Below are positions 50,914-62,006 of a stretch of 64,000 nucleotides of DNA, piece by piece. The DNA lies in NCBI GenBank assembly GCA_030149815.1, contig JASLHI010000018.1, forward strand, positions 7,330 to 71,329, in the 5' to 3' direction. The position numbers and the translations under genes were made by a program. Positions within the stretch are counted from its first letter, which is position 1. Each line of letters opens with the position of its first letter. Source of the DNA: Aquirhabdus sp. Its GTDB lineage: Bacteria > Pseudomonadota > Gammaproteobacteria > Pseudomonadales > Moraxellaceae. Below the pieces are notes generated by a model, which was not told where the DNA came from, made no database searches, and saw only the letters and a program-made list of their open reading frames with translations.

Positions 50914-52122
50914 TTATTGATTGCGATCTATCTCAAAAAATAACGCAAGAATAAATAAAAAACCTAGACCACCACTAAACAATACTGCTGACAAGCCTTG
51001 AAAGGCAACATAGTAAGCAGAAATAGAAAGACAGGCAATTAAAGCTTCATTACCTAAAAAGATACAAACTCTAAATATGAATGCAAGAATTATAGAGTAT
51101 AGAGCAACTCCATAAAATCCAAAATTCAGATAAGAGTCGATATAAAAAACAGTGTTGGATGAGCCCGTTCCTGTTTCATTTTGCCCCCACTCGAAGGCAA
51201 ATATTTCTCGTTCTAAATTAATTTTGTCTTCACCCATCGCCCATGCAATTACCCCAATAGACCGCCCTGATATCGCTTTTCCACTTAAAACCTCATCTTT
51301 GTATCGTAACCAATCAATCGCAGTAATATATGGAATATAGACGACGCGATTGATTACATAGTAGAACTGACCTGTTTCGCCCTTAAATAGATTGTATTCA
51401 TAAGGTGTGCTAGCCGCAGAGTCTATATGATCTTCATCGCTGGATGAGGTTAATCCGCCACGAGCAACAAATGAAACGGCAATGATTGTTATTAATAGAA
51501 AAGCCATGGCCTTATATGCTTGTTTACGGACGCCTTTATTGATGTAGTAAACAATCAATGGCAGCATTGCTACTAATGCACGCCCTTTTTCTAGTGTAAG
51601 TAGTAACGAAAATAAGAAAAGGAATAATAGTAAAAATCTATACTTAGAAGCTGTATGAAATTTCTGGGTAATGATTAAAGGCATAAATGCCGAAATACAG
51701 ATAGTGTAAATATACAGTAGTATTACTTCCCAGCCTGTTCGGGTTCTAAGGAATTCTTCTCGTAAGACGGATAGATCCGAGATATTTGCTCCGCGGAGCG
51801 CAGCAAATAAAGCAACCTGTGAAACAGTTAGAGATGCGTAGATAATGATCGAAAAATATAAACCGATGATTAGGTTCGAAAACAGATCCCAGTTCAGTTT
51901 TATTCTTTTTATAGATGCAAGTTTTTCATCGAATAGACGATCTGAGAATAATTTGTAGGCTCCTAAATAAACAACTATACAGACAATAGATGTTGCTAGA
52001 AGTTCAGCGGCATTTTCTGAACTATCAAACAATAAGCTGAGAATTGAAGGCAGTATATAAAAAATGACTATAGCTAATACAGGGAGTATGTATATGTTTC
52101 TCAAGTAGAATATACGCAACAT
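50914..52122 (-). CDS. wzy: Putative polysaccharide polymerase Wzy
   Basis: 402 aa, many TM segments, AT-rich, between glycosyltransferase and epimerase; late motif DSYLNFGFYG. Confidence 0.7.
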   Translation of the reverse strand: MLRIFYLRNIYILPVLAIVIFYILPSILSLLFDSSENAAELLATSIVCIVVYLGAYKLFSDRLFDEKLASIKRIKLNWDLFSNLIIGLYFSIIIYASLTVSQVALFAALRGANISDLSVLREEFLRTRTGWEVILLYIYTICISAFMPLIITQKFHTASKYRFLLLFLFLFSLLLTLEKGRALVAMLPLIVYYINKGVRKQAYKAMAFLLITIIAVSFVARGGLTSSSDEDHIDSAASTPYEYNLFKGETGQFYYVINRVVYIPYITAIDWLRYKDEVLSGKAISGRSIGVIAWAMGEDKINLEREIFAFEWGQNETGTGSSNTVFYIDSYLNFGFYGVALYSIILAFIFRVCIFLGNEALIACLSISAYYVAFQGLSAVLFSGGLGFLFILALFFEIDRNQ

Positions 52123-52156
52123 TTAGAAGCTTCTTGTATTGAATAGTGATTTAATC

Positions 52157-53152
52157 TTAAACGATCTTTTTCAAGTTCTGCTTAAGGCGATTGAAGAAAA
52201 AACCAGTACTTGAGATAAAGAGTTTTGATTTGCAGAAATATGAAAACATAACCGTAAGCCATTGTTTAAACCCAGAGCTACGACGAATCATCATTTGCAC
52301 TACAAGGTTAACTTTTTCTTGGTTACCTTTAATAATTTGTCTAAATAATTCACCGAGTAAGTAGCGATATGCGCCTTTCTCACAGGCAATTTTAAGATCT
52401 GCGTCTGCGGGATATCGGCTTTGGATGACATCTAAGGTTCTCAACGATTCCGATAGCAAATTAAAAGTTTGCTCACTTGCTCCTTTCCCATGCTTACGGT
52501 AGCGTCCATAAATTCCATCAAGTTTTGCAACGCGACCGCGCATTGCTACTTCGATATAAAAAATCCAGTCAGATACTGTCGGGAACGTAGGGTCGAAACC
52601 GTGTATCGGACATGCTGATTTACGAACCATCACCGAAGATGCGCCTGGAATTCCGCCTTTTGCAACAATTTCATAAACGTTGTTGGTATCTTCATTGCGT
52701 GTTGTATTTGTGGTAAATAGAACTTCGTTTGTTTGATGTTGAAAGATTTCAACTGCATGATAAGACAAGACGACTTCAGGATTTTGAAATAACTTTACTT
52801 GTTCAGCAATTTTGTGTGGTAAAAAGAGATCGTCACCACCAAGGACAGCAATGAGTTCACCTGTACAAGCAAAAAAAGCCGCATTTGAGTTTCCAGTGAT
52901 GCCTAAATTGTTGGGATTTAAAACGGGAATAACTTTTTCTGGGTATCGATCAGCGTACTGCTTAATAATTTGAGCAGTTTGGTCTGTTGACGCATCATCC
53001 GAAACTATAATCTCTATATTTTCATAATTTTGAGCAAGTACGCTATCGATAGTTTCTGCAATTAATTCTTCCTGATTATAGGTAATAATCATCACCGATA
53101 CTTTTGGATGAAAGTTATGATTAATTGTCACGGTAGACCCCTTGTTATTCAT
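52157..53152 (-). CDS. GT2 family glycosyltransferase
   Basis: PKVSVMIITYN, IIVSDDASTD, NLGITGN, GGDD. Confidence 0.92.
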   Translation of the reverse strand: MNNKGSTVTINHNFHPKVSVMIITYNQEELIAETIDSVLAQNYENIEIIVSDDASTDQTAQIIKQYADRYPEKVIPVLNPNNLGITGNSNAAFFACTGELIAVLGGDDLFLPHKIAEQVKLFQNPEVVLSYHAVEIFQHQTNEVLFTTNTTRNEDTNNVYEIVAKGGIPGASSVMVRKSACPIHGFDPTFPTVSDWIFYIEVAMRGRVAKLDGIYGRYRKHGKGASEQTFNLLSESLRTLDVIQSRYPADADLKIACEKGAYRYLLGELFRQIIKGNQEKVNLVVQMMIRRSSGFKQWLTVMFSYFCKSKLFISSTGFFFNRLKQNLKKIV

Positions 53153-54416
53153 GGACGTTCATCCGTGTGAGTTGGTTAAGATGGCGGAATATGAACCACG
53201 CCATGACTGCCCAATACAAGGCATAGTTGGCTGCAAATGCGACGACCACACCTTCAAAACCGACTGTTTTTGTAAACACCCATGTTAATGCGATGAATAA
53301 AGCTGAGAATACAATTTCGGTTACGATATACAGCTTAAACATGGCTTTACCAAGCATGAGAAAAGCCAATACCCAGCTTCCTATCTTTAAGGTATCTCCA
53401 ATCATTTGCCACGCAAAGAGTTCCCGCATGGGATAAAATTCTTTGGTAAATAATAGCGCAATAACGAAATCGCGCAGAAGATAAATTGTTAGTCCACATA
53501 ACGCGGAAATAGGTAAAACCAGTTTATAGCATTGGAAAATTTCTTTTTTCAATGCTATGGGATCTTTTAACTCAGAGAGTCTTGGTAAGTAATAAACACT
53601 TAGAGTCGTAGTTGCCAGCATGAGATACGCATTGCTCACACGCCACATGGCTTCCCAGAAGCCTGCCAAACTCCAACCATAAACTTGACCAAGATGATTA
53701 CGAATAATAATTTGACTGAGAGGGACACAGGCTGCTGATGTCAAAACCATGGCGGTAAATCTTCCAAGATTACGTAACGTCCGCTTGTCTATGCTTCCAA
53801 TGAGGTAAGTCAATTTAAACCAAGGCGCATTGTAACAAAGAAGTAATGTCACAAAAAAATTGATAGATTGGTAAATGGCGAGCGCAATGAGGGCGCCGTA
53901 CAAACCCCAATAAATCGCCATAATTGTTGTAATGATTAATGAAAAAAGACTACCTGTAATATTAGCGAGCACATAGCGCTTAATGTCTTTTTTACCATTC
54001 ATGATTGCTAATAACAAAGTATTGAATGTAAAAAATACTAATGTTGCAGCGAACCAGAGAAACACCCCGCCAAACTGTTCATTTTGCAGAAATAGTCTCG
54101 AAAGTGTTTGATTATAAATAGCAATGATTAAGGCCGTAATGAGCGAGCCGATGAGTGCAACCATGCCCGATGTCCGCCAAACTTGGCGTTGTTTCTGTTC
54201 ATCATCGTAGTATTCAGCGGTATATTTTGTCACGCCCGTATTAATTGCGCCACTTGCAACTGTTGTAATCATTTGAACGGCATTCTGGAATTGACCCAGC
54301 GCAGCGTAACCGGCCGGCCCCACGTAAATTGCAAGAATCTTATTGATACCCAGTAGCGTGAGTAGCTTAATGATAACCGCGATACCATTAAGCAGACTTG
54401 TTTTGATGAGTGTCAT
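53145..54416 (-). CDS. wzx: O-unit flippase Wzx
   Basis: About 12 TM segments; [44 protein letters not shown]. Confidence 0.9.
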   Translation of the reverse strand: MTLIKTSLLNGIAVIIKLLTLLGINKILAIYVGPAGYAALGQFQNAVQMITTVASGAINTGVTKYTAEYYDDEQKQRQVWRTSGMVALIGSLITALIIAIYNQTLSRLFLQNEQFGGVFLWFAATLVFFTFNTLLLAIMNGKKDIKRYVLANITGSLFSLIITTIMAIYWGLYGALIALAIYQSINFFVTLLLCYNAPWFKLTYLIGSIDKRTLRNLGRFTAMVLTSAACVPLSQIIIRNHLGQVYGWSLAGFWEAMWRVSNAYLMLATTTLSVYYLPRLSELKDPIALKKEIFQCYKLVLPISALCGLTIYLLRDFVIALLFTKEFYPMRELFAWQMIGDTLKIGSWVLAFLMLGKAMFKLYIVTEIVFSALFIALTWVFTKTVGFEGVVVAFAANYALYWAVMAWFIFRHLNQLTRMNVHE

Positions 54417-55543
54417 TGCATTTGCTTTTTACTGAAACTGTTGCAAGCATGCACAATTTGGTGAGCATTTTGGATGGAGAGTGTCGGATCCATCGGTAAG
54501 CTTAAGATTTGCTGATGAATGATCTCTGTTAATGGAAATTTCAATTGATTCCAATCAGGATATGCTTTTTGTTGATGAGGAGGGATCGGGTAGTGGATTA
54601 GGGTTTGAATACCATTGTCAGCAAGATGTTTTTGCAGATCATCTCTAAACTCAGATCGAATAACAAACAGATGCCAAACATGACTTTCAAAAGATATTGG
54701 TGAAATATTGTCCTTTAGAGGCAGTGAGATTAAAGGATTTTTTATACTGTCCATATAAATTTGTGCGATTTGTCGACGATGTTCGGTTTGTTCGTCCAGA
54801 TGCTTGAGTTTGACACGTAGCATTGCAGCTTGTATTTCGTCGAGACGACTATTAACGCCTTGATAAAGATTTTTGTATTTCTCATGTGAGCCATAGTTAC
54901 GTAGAGCGCGCAGAGTTTGAGCTAACTCATCGTCGTTAGTCGTTACGGCTCCAGCGTCACCTAATGCGCCAAGATTTTTGCCAGGGTAAAAGCTAAAACC
55001 AGATGCATTGCCCCAATTTCCAGCTTTGCGGCCACCAATACTTGCACCATGAGCTTGCGCTGAATCCTCTAATACTAACAAATTATTTTGTTGAGCTAAA
55101 TCTATTAGCGCAGGCATATTTGCCAGTTGTCCGTATAGGTGGACAGGCAAGATCGCGCGGGTTTTCGTTGTGATTGCTGCTTTAACATTATGTGGGCATA
55201 AGTTAAGGCTGCTTTCATCAGGTTCAACTAGAACTGGAATGAGGTTATTTTCGGTAATGGCGAGAACGCTAGCAATATAGGTATTCGCTGGGACAATGAC
55301 TTCATCGCCGTCTTTAAGTTTACCAAGTTCTTTCCATGCTCTTAGGGTCAATATTAATGCATCTAGACCATTTGCTACCCCGATACAATGTTTACTGCCG
55401 CAATAAGTAGCAAAATCATGCTCAAATTGAGTGAGCTCACTCCCTGTGATATACCAACCAGAGTCAATAACGCGACTGCATGCTTCAACTAACTCATCAC
55501 GAAATTTAGAGTTAATGGTCTTGAGGTCAAGAAAATTGATCAT
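54413..55543 (-). CDS. fdtB: DegT/DnrJ family sugar aminotransferase (FdtB/QdtB-like)
   Basis: [43 protein letters not shown]. Confidence 0.85.
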   Translation of the reverse strand: MINFLDLKTINSKFRDELVEACSRVIDSGWYITGSELTQFEHDFATYCGSKHCIGVANGLDALILTLRAWKELGKLKDGDEVIVPANTYIASVLAITENNLIPVLVEPDESSLNLCPHNVKAAITTKTRAILPVHLYGQLANMPALIDLAQQNNLLVLEDSAQAHGASIGGRKAGNWGNASGFSFYPGKNLGALGDAGAVTTNDDELAQTLRALRNYGSHEKYKNLYQGVNSRLDEIQAAMLRVKLKHLDEQTEHRRQIAQIYMDSIKNPLISLPLKDNISPISFESHVWHLFVIRSEFRDDLQKHLADNGIQTLIHYPIPPHQQKAYPDWNQLKFPLTEIIHQQILSLPMDPTLSIQNAHQIVHACNSFSKKQMQ

Positions 55544-55652
55544 AAAAGGGACTCTAGAGCATTTTAGATCCAGAATATCTGGATTTCTGATAGATTAATA
55601 AGTTCAAGCGATTGTATGGATTGAAATAAGCTATTAAAAATAGCTCCTATAT

Positions 55653-56387
55653 TTAAATCTTATCCCATTGCGAAGTGATATCTTCAGGATATCCTCGCTT
55701 AAAGTGCTGCCGCCATGGATATGCGGAGCCCTCGCCATTACTCAGTTGTATTTTTGAGGTTGGGCAGATTTTTTTCGCAGGAGATCCTGCATACACCATA
55801 TCTTCTTCTGTTTCGCCTTTTAGCGAAGAGTGCGCCCCTACTAAACATCCGCAAGCGATTTTGGCGCCTGGTAATATAACACTCATCGTTGCAATAACCG
55901 CAAAATCTTCCACAGTCACACCAACTAGTGTTGTGCTTGGAGGGTGAGGATCATTGGTGAGGACGACGTATGGAAAAATCCAGACAAAATTGCCGATAAG
56001 ACTTTTCTGACCGATATGAACATTGCTGTGTAGTCTGACATAGTCACCAATTGTGCAATGTCCTTGTAAATCGGAAAGTGTACCAATTTGCAAGTTCTTG
56101 CCAGCAGAAACTTTCTCACGAACTGTGACTCGATGACCGGTAATTAAAGATTCTCCAAAAGTTGAACCTTCGTAAAAAATACTATGTGATCTGATATGTG
56201 CCCCTGAACCAATGATAAGGTTCTCTCCACCTGATAGATGGTTACTAACACCTATTTCACAATAGCCTTCAATAATACTATTGTCGCCTATAATTACATT
56301 ATCGTAAATGATGGAGAATGGACCAATTGTCACATTGCTACCAATGGTGGCTTTCTCTGAAACTATAGATGTGCTATGAATACTCAT
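55653..56387 (-). CDS. Hexapeptide-repeat N-acyltransferase (QdtC-like)
   Basis: Left-handed beta-helix repeats, LTNDPHPPS, GSPAK; lies between fdtA and fdtB. Confidence 0.75.
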   Translation of the reverse strand: MSIHSTSIVSEKATIGSNVTIGPFSIIYDNVIIGDNSIIEGYCEIGVSNHLSGGENLIIGSGAHIRSHSIFYEGSTFGESLITGHRVTVREKVSAGKNLQIGTLSDLQGHCTIGDYVRLHSNVHIGQKSLIGNFVWIFPYVVLTNDPHPPSTTLVGVTVEDFAVIATMSVILPGAKIACGCLVGAHSSLKGETEEDMVYAGSPAKKICPTSKIQLSNGEGSAYPWRQHFKRGYPEDITSQWDKI

Positions 56388-56389
56388 AA

Positions 56390-56785
56390 TTATATTGTCC
56401 GGCGAAACTGATCATAATTACGAATATAATCAGTTTCATCATAGTGTTCACTAGCTAATACTAACAATACACAGTCAGGGCTGAAATCATACATTTCTCG
56501 CCACACTTGATCTCCAATGATGAGACCTTTTGTGGGGGAGTCTAGCCAGACTTCTTCACGTATTTGACCGTCATCTAAAACCATGCGGCATTTTCCTGTT
56601 ACACATATTGCGACTTGTTTCAGTTTACGATGAGCGTGAAAACCTCGTGCAACGCCTTGTTGTGTTCCAAAAATGTAGTACACACGTTTTATATCGAAAG
56701 GTACAGTTTTACTGCCTTCTAGTGCTACGAGAGAGCCCCGCTCATCACCAAGTGGTGGGAAGTCTACCCATTGAATTAAACTCAT
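56390..56785 (-). CDS. fdtA: dTDP-4-keto-6-deoxyglucose 3,4-ketoisomerase (FdtA/QdtA cupin)
   Basis: DERGSLVALE, PFDIKRVYY, RGFHAH, LLVLASEHYDE.DYIR. Confidence 0.88.
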   Translation of the reverse strand: MSLIQWVDFPPLGDERGSLVALEGSKTVPFDIKRVYYIFGTQQGVARGFHAHRKLKQVAICVTGKCRMVLDDGQIREEVWLDSPTKGLIIGDQVWREMYDFSPDCVLLVLASEHYDETDYIRNYDQFRRTI

Positions 56786-56826
56786 TGCGATCCTCATATC
56801 AATTGCTTTTCTTACTTTTCATAGGT

Positions 56827-58338
56827 TTAATAATTGCTATTGCGAATAGTATTTATAAACTTAATACGACTTATAGTTGCCTCATCAAGTCCTTGTATCT
56901 CACATTCACCTTGTAGTACGGGTAAAATATCATGAGCAAGAGATTTTCCTAACTCAACCCCCCATTGATCAAAGGCATTAATCTGCCAGATTTGTGATTG
57001 TACAAATATTTTATGTTCATAAGCAGCAAGTAACAGTCCAATTGAGAACGGATCTTGTTTTGGTAGAATAATCATGCTCGATCTTTGTCCACCCAAGCAT
57101 GTTTTATGAGGTTCGTTTGGGTAAAAGCGACCTTTTGCGAGAGCAGCGCTTTGGGCGAAGCAATTAGCGAGTAGCTGATCTTGATGTCCTGCAAAAATGT
57201 TTGTGTCTTGTGCAATCGCAATAAAATCTGTCGGAATTTGGCGGTTACCTTGATGAAGCATTTGGAAGTATGCATGTTGACCGTTACTTCCGACACTACC
57301 AAAGACTGCTTGTGCCGTACGATATGTAATGGGCTTCCCATTAATGTCAACCCCCTTACCATTTGACTCCATTTCAAGCTGTTGCAGATAAGCGGGAAAA
57401 GATCTTAAGCCGTGGCAATAGGGTGCAATCGATAGTCCAGCGGCATAGTTGTCCTCAATATTCCAAAGACCAATGAGCCCCATAATGACGGGAATATTTG
57501 CATTTAATGGGGCGCTAAAGAAATGATCATCCATTGATTTTGCCCCAGCTAGAAGCGCTTCAAAATGATCCATACCGACTAAAATTGCGATAGGTAAACC
57601 AACAGCCGACCATAATGAGAAACGACCACCGACCCAATCCCAAAATCTAAAGATATATTGTGCTTTTATGCCGAAGCTTTCAGCCTTATTTGGTTCAGCT
57701 GTGATTCCAACAAAATGATGTGCAATGATATTGCCACGGTCAAGATGAAGACTTTGCTGCATCCATGCTACTGCAGCCGCAGCATTTTGCATGGTTTCAA
57801 AAGTTGTAAAGGTTTTGCTGGTAATTAAAAATAGTACTTCTTCTGGGTTAATTTGCTGAAGGACCTCGTTAAGATCTTCAGCATCAATATTGGCTACAAA
57901 AAAGATCTGAATATTGTTGACTTTATATCGCGCCAAGGCCTCTGTGACCAAGCTAGAGCCTAGATTTGAGCCCCCGACTCCGATATTAACTACAGTACGA
58001 ATAGGTTTGCCAGTGATTCCGGTAATTTGCCTTGTATGTAGTTGATTAACGAAGTCACGCATTTGTCTACGAACGGTAAGAGCATCTTGTACATGTGCAT
58101 CCATGGTAGAGTTGGGATGACCTGTTGTTGCTCTTAGTGCAGTATGTAAGACTTGGCGGTGTTCCGTTGGATTTGTAATTTCACCAGCTTGTAGTTGTTG
58201 TATGGCTTTCGGCAATTCTGCTTGGCGTGCACGTTCTAGCAAGTTTTGCCATTGAGATTCGCTGATTAATTGATTGTTAAAATCAAATAAAGCATTTTGA
58301 TAAATCACACTAAAATTTTGGAGGTAGCTTACGCTCAT
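56827..58338 (-). CDS. pgi: Glucose-6-phosphate isomerase (start uncertain)
   Basis: GVGGSNLG, SKTFTT, WDWVGGRFSLWS, QQLEMESNGK, DQWGVELGK. Confidence 0.9.
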   Translation of the reverse strand: MSVSYLQNFSVIYQNALFDFNNQLISESQWQNLLERARQAELPKAIQQLQAGEITNPTEHRQVLHTALRATTGHPNSTMDAHVQDALTVRRQMRDFVNQLHTRQITGITGKPIRTVVNIGVGGSNLGSSLVTEALARYKVNNIQIFFVANIDAEDLNEVLQQINPEEVLFLITSKTFTTFETMQNAAAAVAWMQQSLHLDRGNIIAHHFVGITAEPNKAESFGIKAQYIFRFWDWVGGRFSLWSAVGLPIAILVGMDHFEALLAGAKSMDDHFFSAPLNANIPVIMGLIGLWNIEDNYAAGLSIAPYCHGLRSFPAYLQQLEMESNGKGVDINGKPITYRTAQAVFGSVGSNGQHAYFQMLHQGNRQIPTDFIAIAQDTNIFAGHQDQLLANCFAQSAALAKGRFYPNEPHKTCLGGQRSSMIILPKQDPFSIGLLLAAYEHKIFVQSQIWQINAFDQWGVELGKSLAHDILPVLQGECEIQGLDEATISRIKFINTIRNSNY

Positions 58339-58525
58339 TGGATTATCTAAATTTAAAAGTAATGCTCTAGGGCATGTCACAAAATATGCCGCAATAGTTT
58401 TAGATATCTATGCGGCGATGATTCAATTTTCTCGAATCCGTTTTCTAACAGTTATTGAAAATGGCTGGAAATTGTAATATAGGTCTACAATATGGACAAG
58501 TTAAGTCTTGTTAAATTCGTTATTG

Positions 58526-59071
58526 TTAGAAGACGTCAGCATTCTTAAAAAGAGCAGCTTGTTGATCTTTACTAGATAACAATGGCATCCCTTCAAATCG
58601 CCAGTCGATGGCCAAATCAGAATCATTCCAGACAATAGAGCGTTCATGACTAGGAGCATAGATGTTGGTTGTTTTGTACAAGAATTCAGCTGTCTCTGAT
58701 AACGTCACAAAACCATGCGCGAAACCTTCAGGTACCCATAACTGCTTTTTATTTTCAGCAGATAAAATTTCACCAACCCATTGTCCAAATGTTGGCGAGT
58801 TTTTGCGGATATCGACTGCGACATCGAAGACTTCACCTTGTACAACGCGAACAAGTTTTCCTTGAGCCATGGGATCTAGTTGATAGTGTAAGCCGCGCAA
58901 GACGCCGCGTTGTGATTTTGAATGGTTGTCTTGAACAAATGTGCGCTTTATTCCAGTAGCTTCTTCAAAAGCCGCTTGATTAAAGCTTTCAAAGAAGAAA
59001 CCACGTTCATCCCCAAAAACCTTTGGCGTAAACAGCACCACTTCAGGAATCGCGAGTTGAGTTGCTTGCAT
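58526..59071 (-). CDS. rmlC: dTDP-4-dehydrorhamnose 3,5-epimerase
   Basis: DERGFFFES, QDNHSKS, RGLHYQ, GFAHGF. Confidence 0.97.
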   Translation of the reverse strand: MQATQLAIPEVVLFTPKVFGDERGFFFESFNQAAFEEATGIKRTFVQDNHSKSQRGVLRGLHYQLDPMAQGKLVRVVQGEVFDVAVDIRKNSPTFGQWVGEILSAENKKQLWVPEGFAHGFVTLSETAEFLYKTTNIYAPSHERSIVWNDSDLAIDWRFEGMPLLSSKDQQAALFKNADVF

Positions 59072-59952
59072 CAGAATATTTGCTCTTTGAGAAGGTTTAA
59101 GAGGTATTGTCCATAGCCATTCTTTGCCAAGGGTTTAGCGAGTTCAGCAAGTTGTTCTGCGTTGATCCACTTGTTATGGAAAGCAATTTCTTCAGGACAA
59201 GCCACTTTGAGTCCTTGGCGTTTTTCTACAGTGGCGATAAATTGGCTAGCTTCTAGTAACGAATCGTGCGTTCCTGTATCGAGCCACGCATAACCACGTC
59301 CCATCAATTCGACAGAGAGCTGACCTTGATTTAAATAAAGTTGGTTTAGATCAGTGATTTCTAGTTCGCCACGAGCAGACGGTTTGATTTGTTTGGCAAG
59401 TTTAACAACTTGATTATCATAGAAATAAAGCCCTGTGATGGCGTAGTTTGATTTTGGCTGCTTCGGTTTTTCTTCAAGTGATAAGACTTTGCCAGATGCG
59501 TCAAACTCAGCAACACCGTAGCGTTCTGGATCGTGGACGTGGTATGCAAATACAGTCGCGCCAGATTCTTTACTGTTTGCATTAGCCAGCAACTGACGGA
59601 AATCATGTCCAAAGAAAATATTGTCACCCAGAACCAGAGCACAGTGATCATCGCCAATAAATTCTTCACCAAGAATAAACGCTTGTGCCAAACCATCTGG
59701 ACTAGGTTGTACAACATAGCTGAGGCTAAGTCCCCATTGGCTACCATCGCCAAGGAGTTGTTGATAACGTGGAATGTCTTGAGGTGTAGAGATAATTAAG
59801 ATTTCACGAATGCCTGCTAGCATTAACGTGGATAGTGGATAGTAAACCATTGGTTTGTCGTAAACAGGCAATAATTGCTTTGATATGGCTAATGTGGCTG
59901 GGTGTAGGCGTGTTCCTGAACCACCTGCTAATATAATTCCTTTGCGTTTCAT
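59071..59952 (-). CDS. rmlA: Glucose-1-phosphate thymidylyltransferase
   Basis: [41 protein letters not shown]. Confidence 0.98.
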   Translation of the reverse strand: MKRKGIILAGGSGTRLHPATLAISKQLLPVYDKPMVYYPLSTLMLAGIREILIISTPQDIPRYQQLLGDGSQWGLSLSYVVQPSPDGLAQAFILGEEFIGDDHCALVLGDNIFFGHDFRQLLANANSKESGATVFAYHVHDPERYGVAEFDASGKVLSLEEKPKQPKSNYAITGLYFYDNQVVKLAKQIKPSARGELEITDLNQLYLNQGQLSVELMGRGYAWLDTGTHDSLLEASQFIATVEKRQGLKVACPEEIAFHNKWINAEQLAELAKPLAKNGYGQYLLNLLKEQIF

Positions 59953-60017
59953 TATTTCTTCTCTAGTTCAATCGTTGCTAAATTAAAAGGGTTGATATTG
60001 TACAGTTTGTGAGATTT

Positions 60018-60911
60018 TTACGTGATTAACTCTTGCACCATACGTTTCACATGGTATTGCCATGGTGGAAGTTGGATATTCAGTAGCTGGCGTAGTTTCT
60101 CTGTGTTGAGTCGTGAGTTTTGTGGACGTGCAGCAGGCACAGGATAGGCTGATGCTGGAATACTACCCACTTGCTCAGGTTGTACTTTGAAGGATGCACC
60201 ACATTGAATCGCTTCCGCAATCACGAATTGGGCATAACCATGCCAACTTGTTTCTCCTCCTGCAACCAAATGGTAAATACCCGAAGCATTTGCTGCGAGC
60301 GTAGTGTCATGCTGCAAACGATAGATGGACAGTGCGGTGACGTCGGCAATCAGTTCTGCGCTGGTTGGAGCGCCAAATTGATCAGCGACGACATTGAGAC
60401 TGTCACGTTCGGATGCGAGTCGTAACATGGTTTTGGCAAAGTTCGCACCTCGACTGGCAAAAACCCAGCTCGTTCTAAAAATCAGATATTGGCAACCAGA
60501 TGCAGAGATAGCGAGTTCACCATCATGTTTCGTTTGACCATAGACACTGAGTGGTGCAGTCAGGTCGTCTTCGTAATATGCACCATCTTTGTGACCATCA
60601 AACACATAATCGGTTGAATAGTGAATAAGCCAAGCATTTAAGCGCTTAGTTTCTTCTGCTAATACTGCAAGCGATTGTGTATTGACTCGGCGAGCACGAT
60701 CAACGTCGCTTTCCGCTTTGTCTACAGCAGTGTATGCTGCAGCATTGACGATCACATCTGGCGCGTAATCCTGAATGAGCTGACGTAGAGATTCTGGATC
60801 ATCTAAGTTCGCTGCGGTACGGTCACATGCGCGCAACTCTCCCAAAGGACTCAGAGCGCGCTGTAACTCCCAACCAACTTGACCATTTTTCCCAAGTAAT
60901 AATATTTTCAA
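60018..60911 (-). CDS. rmlD: dTDP-4-dehydrorhamnose reductase
   Basis: GKNGQVG, NAAAYTAVDKAE, STDYVFDG, YGQTK. Confidence 0.97.
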   Translation of the reverse strand: MKILLLGKNGQVGWELQRALSPLGELRACDRTAANLDDPESLRQLIQDYAPDVIVNAAAYTAVDKAESDVDRARRVNTQSLAVLAEETKRLNAWLIHYSTDYVFDGHKDGAYYEDDLTAPLSVYGQTKHDGELAISASGCQYLIFRTSWVFASRGANFAKTMLRLASERDSLNVVADQFGAPTSAELIADVTALSIYRLQHDTTLAANASGIYHLVAGGETSWHGYAQFVIAEAIQCGASFKVQPEQVGSIPASAYPVPAARPQNSRLNTEKLRQLLNIQLPPWQYHVKRMVQELIT

Positions 60912-60917
60912 TATGGG

Positions 60918-61982
60918 TTACTCATGTGTATATTGTTGATTGACCCAATCGCGATAGTCGCCGCTGGTAATGTTTTCGACCCATGCTTGGTTTTCGAGAT
61001 ACCATTGAACCGTTTTACGAATCCCAGTTTCAAAGGTCTCTGCAGGTTTCCAGCCGAGTTCTCGTTCAAGCTTGGTTGCGTCAATCGCATAGCGGCGATC
61101 GTGTCCTGCGCGGTCTTTGACAAAAGTAATCTGCGTTTTATAGGACTGACCATCTGTACGTGGTTGCAGTTCGTCGAGAATTTCACAAAGTGTTGTGACC
61201 ACATCTAGATTGGCTTTTTCATTCCAGCCACCCACATTGTAAGTTTCACCTAAAACCCCGAAAGCAAGGACGCGACGGATGGCGCTACAGTGATCGGTAA
61301 CGTACAGCCAGTCACGGATTTGTTGTCCATCGCCATAGATCGGTAAATTTTTACCATTTAAGGCGTTCAAAATACACAGTGGAATGAGCTTTTCTGGGAA
61401 ATGAAAAGGTCCATAGTTATTCGAACAATTCGTTGTGAGCACAGGTAGTCCATAAGTATGGTGGTAAGCACGAACTAAATGGTCAGAAGCTGCTTTACTT
61501 GCGGAATAAGGGCTATTGGGTTCAAAACGATTAGTTTCGCTAAACGCAGGATCAGATTTTTCAAGAGAGCCATAAACTTCGTCTGTTGAGACATGAAGAA
61601 AGCGAAATGCTGCTTTGTGTGTTTCGTCAAGATTTGACCAATATCCGCGTACTGTTTCCAGTAGCTTGAATGTGCCTACGATATTTGTTTGAATGAATGC
61701 TTCAGGGCCTGTGATTGAGCGATCAACATGGCTTTCAGCCGCAAAGTTCAGAACTGCGCGGACTTGGTATTTAGAAAGTAATTCACCAATGATGAGCGAG
61801 TCGGCAATATCCGCATGGACAAAAATGTGGTGAGGATTTGTTTTAACGGATGCCAGGTTTTCTAAATTTCCAGCATAGGTCAACTTGTCTAGACTGATCA
61901 CGAGTTCATTATGATGCGCAAGCCAATCTAATACAAAATTACTGCCGATAAAGCCTGCTGCGCCTGTTACAAGTATTGCCAT
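60918..61982 (-). CDS. rmlB: dTDP-glucose 4,6-dehydratase
   Basis: GAAGFIGS, DKLTYAGN, AAESHVDRS, STDEVYG, PYSASK, GHDRRY. Confidence 0.98.
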   Translation of the reverse strand: MAILVTGAAGFIGSNFVLDWLAHHNELVISLDKLTYAGNLENLASVKTNPHHIFVHADIADSLIIGELLSKYQVRAVLNFAAESHVDRSITGPEAFIQTNIVGTFKLLETVRGYWSNLDETHKAAFRFLHVSTDEVYGSLEKSDPAFSETNRFEPNSPYSASKAASDHLVRAYHHTYGLPVLTTNCSNNYGPFHFPEKLIPLCILNALNGKNLPIYGDGQQIRDWLYVTDHCSAIRRVLAFGVLGETYNVGGWNEKANLDVVTTLCEILDELQPRTDGQSYKTQITFVKDRAGHDRRYAIDATKLERELGWKPAETFETGIRKTVQWYLENQAWVENITSGDYRDWVNQQYTHE

Positions 61983-62006
61983 TATTGCTTGTTCCGTAAC
62001 TATAAG

